Shown here: positions 55,051 to 64,000 of the stretch, piece by piece
Position numbering within the stretch: the first letter of the stretch is position 1
Layout of the letters: each line of letters opens with the position of its first letter
DNA from: Eledone cirrhosa
Lineage: Eukaryota
Length of the DNA: 64,000 nt
Assembly: GCA_964016885.1 (NCBI GenBank)
Contig: OZ024741.1
Coordinates: 79,236,001-79,300,000 of the forward strand
Reading direction: 5' to 3'
Translations under genes and position numbers: made by a program
Notes under the pieces: model-generated
What the model was told of the DNA's origin: nothing
The model's database searches: none
The model's input: only the letters and a program-made list of their open reading frames with translations

Positions 55051-55107
55051 TCCTTCTATAAAATAAAAAAAAATTTACTCTGCCATGTATTGAGTACCTT
55101 ACTTACA

Positions 55108-55156
55108 GCTTCCTGAAGATTTCATCTGAATGAAACAGTACTAGTCCTGTAGAAGC
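55108..55156 (+). ncRNA. Type I hammerhead motif (tandem copy, +106 nt)
   Basis: Identical to 55002-55050. Confidence 0.85.
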
Positions 55157-55288
55157 TCCTTCTATAAAATATATATATATATACATATATAAATATACAT
55201 ATACACACATACACACATATATGTATACATACATATACATACATATATATACACACACATATATATATATATACTCACACACACACAT

Positions 55289-55700
55289 ACCGAGATGATG
55301 GCCTTTTCGTCTTGCACAAGGTTAACCCCAGAACCACTGATGGGTTTCGGAGAAACTTAAGTTCGTTCTTCCGTAATCTACTATTTAGAATAACCATAGA
55401 ATCTAATATAATTAGGGCCAACGTTTTAGATGTCACTCTTGACTTAGATACATTCCTTCTACCCGTACCCCAAACCTAATGAGTCCCTCAGATATATAAA
55501 TGTTAATTCTAACCACCCCCAAAACATTTAAAAGCGTCTCACACAGAATCTCCGGCCTCTCGGTCAATGAAAATATCTTTGGCGCCTCTACCTCTTACTA
55601 CAACGACGCCCTCGCCCGCAGCCGATTCAAAGAAAAGATCACCTATCTAGAAACCACGCCAAGATTACCTAGGAGAAATAGGCATAGGCAGATTAGTTGG
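55289..55700 (+). mobile_element. Penelope-like RT fragment (YRDDGL type)
   Basis: YRDDGLF, NVLDVTLDL, YINVNSNHP, RISGLS...YYNDAL...RRNRHRQISWF. Confidence 0.85.
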
Positions 55701-58700
55701 TTCGCACCACGCCACCCACATCCACACCACATATAAACACAAACACACACGTGCGTACACACTCAACCTCCGGAATCCAGAACATGGAACCTCGTCCTTC
55801 TTCTCACATACACACACACACACTCACGTACATCTACACACATACACAAACACCACCTTCAGCTTTCCCCGCTTCGACACCCCGCCTCCCTCGCCCAACT
55901 CCACCCGCCACCATCCTTACACGCCTCACACTCTTCCACCACTTGCTCATCTTATTATTAATTCCTATGTTTATTTTTACGTTTACTTTTATTTTTATTT
56001 TTATTTGTTCTCCTTCCCCCTTTTTTCTAAATGTATTTCCACACACTCTCGGAACTCTCTTCCTAACTTATTTATCCTGAAGAAGGGCTTATACTCGACG
56101 CCCCCCCCCCCTCTCAAGACGGTGAACCTAATAAACCTTTATTTGTCTGCCTCTCTGTTTTGTTCCCGTCTAAATTTGCACTATACAATACACGCTTACA
56201 CGGCTTCCAAACCACCTTGGAATACCACCTTTACTACCGGCTCAACCCCGATTTAATCCGCCGAGACCATCCTCTGAACTTTCCCCATACTCCTCCACAA
56301 CCTTTTCTTTGCTTGTTATTTTTTCTATTTCCCCTTTTTTTCCTATTCTTTGCATTATTTATTGATTTATTTACTGTAATTTTTTTCTGCTTTTGAATTT
56401 TTTGTTTATGTTTTTTCCATGATATCCTGTGTTCATCTCTGATTACGATTTTTTTGTTTGTTTGTCCCTGCTTTCCTGTGCATACTTTCCCCTCACGATA
56501 TTTTTTTTGTTTTTTTCGTTTTTTTTGTTTTTTTCCCTCCCCCGTCTCTGTCTACCCTTTCGCCCTTACCCCTTCGTTCCACCTGCCCCCCGCATCACAC
56601 CCTTCCCTTCGCCTCCCCCCCCGCTTTACTCCACGCCCACCATGCCCAGCCTCAGATCCTTTCTCCACCAACTCCACACCCGCCTCAAACTTTTCCTCTC
56701 CCCCCTCCTCCCACCCTGCTATCTCCCTTCGGCCCTCCAACTCTCCTACCTTCTCTTCGCCAAAACCCGGCACTCCAGCCACATCCATTTCCTCAGCCGC
56801 TGCCTCCACCTCCACCTCATCCCCCTTGGCTTCCGACTACACTTCCACACCTCCCCCTCCGCTTCCACCTCCACCCAACGTATCCTCACCTGATCCTCGC
56901 GCCTCCTAATGCGCAACTCCATCCGCTCCTCCCTCTCCACCATCCTCAGCCTTGACCACAAACTCACCCCCACCCTCCTCCACCTTAACTCCGCATGCCA
57001 TCCCCTCCTCGCCCACTCCAACTTCATCTTCATCCAAAATCTCAACCACGACTACCTCTCCTTCCTCACCTCCACCAAAGCCCCTAAGCTACACTCACTC
57101 CTCCCCACCACCACCTTCCACCACCCCCGCCCATCTACGTGACCCCCACACACCCATCACACTCCTCCCCACCACCCTCCACCCCACACTCCCCCTCCCC
57201 CTCCCACACCCCTACCTCGTCTCACCCTTCCCCACCCACACCCCTACCTCGTCTCACCCTCCACCTCACCCCACTACACCCTCCATTCCCCTTCCCACCC
57301 CCTCACCGCACCCACCCCACCCACTTGTTGTCACCATATCCCCTGACCCCCCCTCTCCGCACCTGAGCGCTCACTCCTCAGTAGAGGCCTTCGCTTCATA
57401 CCACACACTCCGCACAGCGACGAGTTCCGCACCCGAACGGAGGTCGAACGATTCGTGCGACGCACGAAACTACAGGCACATTTCCATCTAACACCACCGA
57501 CTCCGAACGCCCCAGACCCGTTTCTCGCCCTGGGCCGACGAGCATTGTCTTGGACGCCGGCCCCAGGACAATTTAGCACCCTGCTCATGTTCGTTGATGC
57601 CTGCCGTAGCGCAGTAAATCGCTTCGACTTCCGCCACCGTTCCAAACGGAATAACATCTCACGGGGCGAACTCCTCGCTCTCCGCTCCCTCCGTAGCCAG
57701 GATGACATCGTCATCAAACCGGCGGACAAGGGAGGCGCTGTGGTGGTGTGGCGCGCTGACCTCTACACGGCTGAAGCCCTCAGGCAGCTCCGTAACCCCC
57801 TCTTCTACCGCCCTCTACCCTCTGACCCCACACCCCCCTATCAACAACAAGTTTCCTCCACCATCAAACACCTTGTCTCCTCCTCCCTTCACCCTCCCAC
57901 AGCTTCCCACCTCATCATCCGCACCCCCGCACCCCTACTATCTACTTCCTCCCCAAATTCCACAAACCTGACAACCCCGGCCGCCCCATCGTCTCTGCTT
58001 GCAACTGCCCCACCCAACTCATCTCCGCCTTTCTTGACTCCATCCTCGCCCCCTCGTCACCCCCTCCCCTCTCACATCTCCGACACCAACAACGCCCTTC
58101 GCCTGTTCGACTCCTTCACTTTCCCACCCGGCCCACATCCCCTCCTCTTTACCCTAGATATCCAGTCCCTCTAAACTGTCATCGCCCACGCCGACAGCCT
58201 ACGTGCCCTCCGGCACTACCTCGACCCTCGTCCACACCGCCCTCACTCGCGCTCGTGCTGTCCACCGACCACCGCCCTCACCCCACGCCACCGCACACCC
58301 ACCCATCGTCTCCCCTTCCCCATCACCTACCACCCTCCACCCTACCCCTCCACCGCACCATCCTCCGCCTCTTCCGACGCCTCCAGTCCGACCCCTCCAC
58401 TTCCTCCATCTTCCCATCCCCACCACTCCCCTCCTTCAAACGCGCATGCAATCTCCTCACCCTCCTCGTCCACAACTTCCTACCCCCCCAATCCACGCTC
58501 TTCTTCCCCCCTCGGTTCACTTCCCTGCTCCACGCCTCGTTGCCACACCTTTCCCCACATCACCAGCACCACCACCTTCCATGGTCCCAACGGCCACTCT
58601 CTCTCTGTCCGGCACGCCTTCCGCTGCACCTTCTCCAACCTAGTCTATGGACTTCGCTGCACGGAGTGTAGCGCAACCTACGTCGGACAGACTGGACGTC

Positions 58701-60312
58701 GCCTGGCGGACCGGTTTACCGAACACCTCCGGGATATTCGCCTCGACGGGAGTTCTCCGATCACCACTTCGCCCACCACCTCACAGTCTGTGGCCGACTC
58801 CAATGCATGGAACACCCGCCACCCGCCTCACGGTCGAACAACGCACCTTCTTCATCCTCCAGACCCACACATCACCCGGCCTGAACTCCCCACTCCTATT
58901 CCTTTAGCCTTCGACCGCCCACCCTTCCCCCCGAATTCCCCACTAACACCTCTAACACACTTCCTCTTTTCAGCGCCCCACCCCCTTTTCCCACCCCCAA
59001 CTAACAATACTAACATCCCCACCCTCCCCCTAACCGCACACACCCAGCACTCACACTACCTACACACCCTACTACCACCACTAACCCTCACCCACACATC
59101 CACTCCGACCACCCCACAACTAACATCACTAACCCCCCCTACCCCACGCACACGAACACACACCATCACACACACACACACACATAGACACACCTATGTA
59201 CACCACCCACTTCACACTCCCAACCACCACTAACGCCCACTTACACACCCACTTTCCACCCTTTCTCCACCACACGGAATACTAGCACCCACTAACACCC
59301 CCTTTACCAAACACACACTCATCCAAACACACACACACACCAGTACACCACACTCCCTCCTCCGACCGCAACACCTCTTCTCTCCCGCTCTCTCTCCCTC
59401 GCTCTCTCTTCCTCTCCCCACACACATCCCACTAACACCTCTACTAATATACACCCCGTCTCCCCACTTTACCACCCTCCCCCTCCACCCTTCACACAGA
59501 CCCATCCTCTCCCCTGTCCACCGCACCTCCGCACACACAGACACACACACAGTCCACACCACACTGACCTTACTCCACCTGTCATCCAGCTCTGCTGCTA
59601 TCTCCTCCTCCTCTACTTCTATCTCTTCACCTTGCCTTGACCCTCTGACCACTTCCTGTTGCGCGCTCACCCCACTTCCCTCCGCTTCCGACCACCACCA
59701 ACATTGGATTCCACACCACCGACACTTTTCCAGCCATCCACTCCATACCATGGCAAATATCCAGCACTCTTCTCACACTCGATGGAACAACCTCAGGAAC
59801 TTACCCACGGACATACACTCACATTTTTTTTCGCACCACGCCACCCACATCCACACCACATATAAACACATACACACACGTGCGTACACACTCAACCTCC
59901 GGAATCCAGAACATGGAACCTCGTCCTTCTTCTTACATACACACACACACTCACGTACATCTACACACATACACAAAGACCATCTTCAGCCTTCCCCGCT
60001 TCGACCCCCCGCCTCCCTCGCCCAACTCCACCCGCCACCACCCTTACACGCCTCACACTCTTCCACCACTTGCTCATCTTATTGTTAATTCCTGTTTATT
60101 TTTACGTTTATTTTTATTTTTATTTGTTCTCCTTCCCCCTTTTTTCTAAATGTACTTCCACACACCCTCAGAACTCTCTTTCTAACCTATTTATCCTGAA
60201 GAAGGGCTTATGCCCGAAACGCCCCCCCCCCCCCCCTCACTCTCAAGAGCGTGAACCTAATAAACCTTTATTTGTCTGCCTCTCTGTTTTGTTCCCGTCT
60301 AAATTCGCACTA
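55700..60312 (+). mobile_element. Neptune-like Penelope element with direct pLTRs (55700-56182, 59830-60312); ORF frameshifted and RT core deleted
   Basis: LLSRGLRFIP, IVIKPADKGGAVVVW, YFLPKFHKPDNPGRPIVSAC and LFTLDIQSL, then a jump to GIY-YIG LVYGLRCTECSATYVGQTGRRLADRFTEH. Degenerate hammerheads at ~56077 and ~60196. Confidence 0.88.
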
Positions 60313-60335
60313 TATATACATACATATATATATAC

Positions 60336-60369
<34 letters not shown>

Positions 60370-60374
60370 ATTAT

Positions 60375-60447
<73 letters not shown>

Positions 60448-60452
60448 ATATA

Positions 60453-60487
<35 letters not shown>

Positions 60488-60500
60488 TACATACATATAC

Positions 60501-60544
<44 letters not shown>

Positions 60545-60683
60545 ATATATGAATAGAATTAGAATTCAGCATCAGGCATAGCTGTTTCCAGATATGTAAA
60601 GAAATTTCGTATTTCTAAAGAAACAAGGTATGTTTACAGGTAAACATTTAGGAAGCCATAGCTATGCAAAAGCAAGGGGGACA

Positions 60684-60727
60684 ATCGTCGATGCATTTCG
60701 GACTTAACTGGTCCTCATCAGGACGAT
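60684..60727 (-). ncRNA. Canonical-core minimal type I hammerhead
   Basis: Minus strand: atcgtc CTGATGA ggac-cagttaa-gtcc GAAA tgca TC gacgat. Confidence 0.92.
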
Positions 60728-61052
60728 CCCTCCCACACTTGCGACTGCTAGACTTGAAAACAGTCTAGAATATATTGTTTTCTCGTCTGTTTAAATGAGG
60801 TGATTAATCTCATTTGCCTATGAAGCTGCATAAGTTGGCTCAACTTATGATAGAATAGAATTAGGATTTAGCTTCAGGCATAGCTGTATATATATATATA
60901 TATATATAAACGCTAACAAACGAGAAACAGACTGTCGATCACTCTCCCTTGTTTTTGCCGAGAATAAGTAAGTGACATAGTCACTACTTTAAAACTCATA
61001 GCGAATGGTTTTCAAAATAGTTTTAATTAAACATACAGTATATTGCCAAATA

Positions 61053-61108
<56 letters not shown>

Positions 61109-61159
61109 CGTAAAGAATGTAATATGTGTATGTATGTATAGTGTATATATATATATATA

Positions 61160-62700
61160 TAAGAAGAAATTAAAAGATGGTTAAAAAAGTTCCATATATT
61201 TTATTATGCACATTTCAAAAACAAAAATATCATCATTGGACGATAATTGCGTTCTCATTAGATAAAATAAGGTAACATTATATGATGCCTAAAAAACACT
61301 TGTGAACAAGGAAGTGTACAGTCAACATATGATAAATAAATATAAAAGGATATAGAAGATTGGAAAAAAAAAGGAAGGAAGAGGAAAAAAGAAGGAGAAG
61401 GTAACGGAGGAAAAATTTAAGAAGGAAGGAGGAGAGAGAAAGAGAAAGGAGAGAGAGAGAGAGACATTTAAACTGGAAACGTTGTCAAAACTGAAAAACA
61501 GATGTGAATAACGGCTGGAAAAAAAAAAATATATATATACGGTTACTAAATAAATAAATTAAAAAATTGATGAGGTTTATGATTGATGATATTTATGATT
61601 ACAGATATAGAAACTAGGTATATTATTTATTTAGGGCTTATATACTAAAAGATTTATTACGAGGTGTGAAAATGTATTATTAAAATAAAATAAAATAAGA
61701 TAAAATGAAGTAAAATAAAATTAAATGATTATAATCGTAGAAGACGATATAATGTCCTAGTTTGTTTAAATAGAATGTAATTGAAAAATATTTCTGTGAA
61801 AAAGTATATATGTGTAGAAGGAAATATATAAGGGTAGACCGATAATGTCAAAAATTAAAAGTTTACTATTAAAAATTACAGATAAATTACAGATAAATTT
61901 AAAGATTATATATAAAAAAATTTATTATAGATTATATATAAAGGAATTATATATGTAGGAAAACTATTTAAATAATTAAATATTAAATTAATCCAACAAG
62001 TAAATAAAGGAAAATGTTATAATTATTTAAGCGTAGAAAAAAGAAAAACGTATAACGTCATAATTTGTTTACATAATCAACGAATGTTTATACTGACTAA
62101 ATTGATGTGATAAATGGGGAAAGAGAGCGGCTTAAAAAATATAATAATGAGAAAAAATAATATAAAGAAACATTAAATATGAACTATCTAAATAATTGTT
62201 TTGTATAACCAAGTAGATAAAGAAATTTTCTAGAGTGATATAAAAAGTAGAGGACCAAACAACGTCTTAGTCTGTTTAAGAACTTTGTAGAATGTACTGA
62301 AATATGCGAGAAAAAAGGTATTTGTGTAAAACAATATATATGTGTGAGAACATTTTTAATCTTAATCATGGAATAAGATATAGGGTATTAGCTGTATACT
62401 TTGTGCAATGACCTAAGAGATTCATGGATGCAGAGAGAAAATAAATCGTTGCGTCTATTTATTATAGAGTTGAAATTCGTGATAATGGTAAATTTTTCAG
62501 CTAGACATAAATTACAAGCCCTATATATGGAAGCGTTAGAATATGGAGAAGCATTGCATATTTTACGCCAAGAGATTTTGTAATTAATGTTTTTGTCTTT
62601 TAAGGACCAGATGAGATCTGAGACATATATTACATTGTTTACGTTATTTGGTTTGACTAATAGTTAGCTGGGTTTTGGATCCAGTCATTCTGATCAACAG
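61160..62700 (-). mobile_element. 3' part of a Penelope-like element (GIY-YIG tail + long 3' region)
   Basis: Minus-strand remnants include LIWSLK and CKICNASPYSNASI.RACNLCLAEKFTIITNFN...NRRNDLFSLC. Ends with a hammerhead-like motif homologous to 24192. Confidence 0.75.
61199..61267 (-). ncRNA. Degenerate hammerhead (G5A)
   Basis: ttttat CTAATGA ... GAAA tgtgca TA ataaaa. Confidence 0.6.
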
Positions 62701-63243
62701 ATCGTGGTGTATTAAGCAAAGAAAGCATTCAACGTCATGCTATATATGTTCCATCATAGATAGAACATATATAACACCTTTTATTGTTGCATAACTCTTA
62801 TTTCTGCAAACCGCCATAGCAATAACAATGCCAGTTTGATTGCCTCCGTATAATTGATTCTTTGTTTTTGTTCTTATTTTTTCTGTGCCTCAGTAAAAAT
62901 TGCTTAACTAGATCTATTATGTTCATACAGCTGATGACGTCGCCGGCTGTGTTGTCGCCTGGTCTAATGGCGTAATTAATTGGCCACAGAAATACGTATG
63001 ATACAACAATAAAAGAACTTATTGGAATCCGGCCATCACATGATATGCATTGATATGAATTCGTTCCTCTCAGAGTCAAAAGCATTAACACATTTTTCCT
63101 CTCTTTTTATTCTGTACTTGTTTCTAAAAAGTCAACCACCATCCGTTGGTATGCAGCTATTACGCAATTTACATTTACACCTGAAGATGTCACCGCGTTC
63201 TTACGCAATTCAACATTTTTGGCCTCCTGTCGTTTCACTTTAT

Positions 63244-63371
<128 letters not shown>

Positions 63372-63511
63372 CGTGTATATGTGTGTGTGCGTGTATGTGT
63401 GTGTGTGCTATTACGCAATTTACATTTACACCTGAAGATGTCACCAGGTTCTTACGCAATTCAGCATATTTGGCCTCCTGTCATTTCACTTTATTATATA
63501 TATATAAAATA

Positions 63512-63622
<111 letters not shown>

Positions 63623-63669
63623 ATATATATATATTATATATATATAATAAAGTGAAATGATATTAGATA

Positions 63670-63782
63670 TAATAATTGTTTCTACTTTTTGGCACAAGGC
63701 CATCAAATACCCAGTACATTACTGGTACTTTATTTTATCGACCCTGTAAGGAAAGAAAGGCAAAATTAACCTCGGCGGGATA
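63670..63782 (-). mobile_element. tRNA/Nin SINE, 5'-truncated
   Basis: Matches the SINE consensus. Confidence 0.85.
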
Positions 63783-63789
63783 TAATAAT

Positions 63790-64000
63790 ACCCATGAAAT
63801 GCCATTAGATTTAATAATACCCATGAAAAAACATCCCAGAAAAATCCTTTTTTAGACCAAGGCTACAGGTCCTACGGCACCCGGTGGCACAAACCGATTT
63901 TGAAAAACCGAAAATAATCAACCTTTCAAATACAAACCTCTCAGCCCAACAAGTTAAAATTCTGTCTAAAGGACTGAAATTCACACCAACACCACAATAC
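63790..64000 (+). mobile_element. Penelope-like ORF, N-terminal region; runs off the window
   Basis: KIINLSNTNLSAQQVKILSKGLKFTPTPQ motif. Confidence 0.8.

Larger units (their letters stand above)
54891..55106. repeat. Perfect ~107-bp-arm palindrome containing two hammerheads
   Basis: Centre gaagcac-gt-gtgcttc; the arms read as exact reverse complements. Confidence 0.95.

Overview
AT-rich, microsatellite-dense eukaryotic DNA. The Nin-domain tRNA SINE and the repeat spectrum suggest an octopus or other cephalopod (inference). No host gene is convincingly visible; the window is almost entirely transposon-derived. It holds an RTE remnant (1-970), a decayed R4/Dong-type REL LINE sitting in (CATA)n arrays (2750-6890), a Helitron (13.86-15.85 kb), a near-complete disrupted Tx1/L1-type LINE (43.5-49.5 kb), a CRE-type fragment, two hAT MITEs, about 20 SINE copies and about 9 Penelope-like (PLE) remnants. 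The most notable signal is not in the ORF track. At least 14 type I hammerhead ribozyme motifs (CUGANGA...GAAA...UH with checkable stems) from about 10 different sequence families lie in PLE termini and in short non-coding units of about 106-430 nt. These units are terminally redundant or fold back, resembling retrozymes. The set includes a U3-A8 compensatory core and a recurring U-U at the base of stem II. All calls were made by eye; ribozyme activity and novelty are untested.
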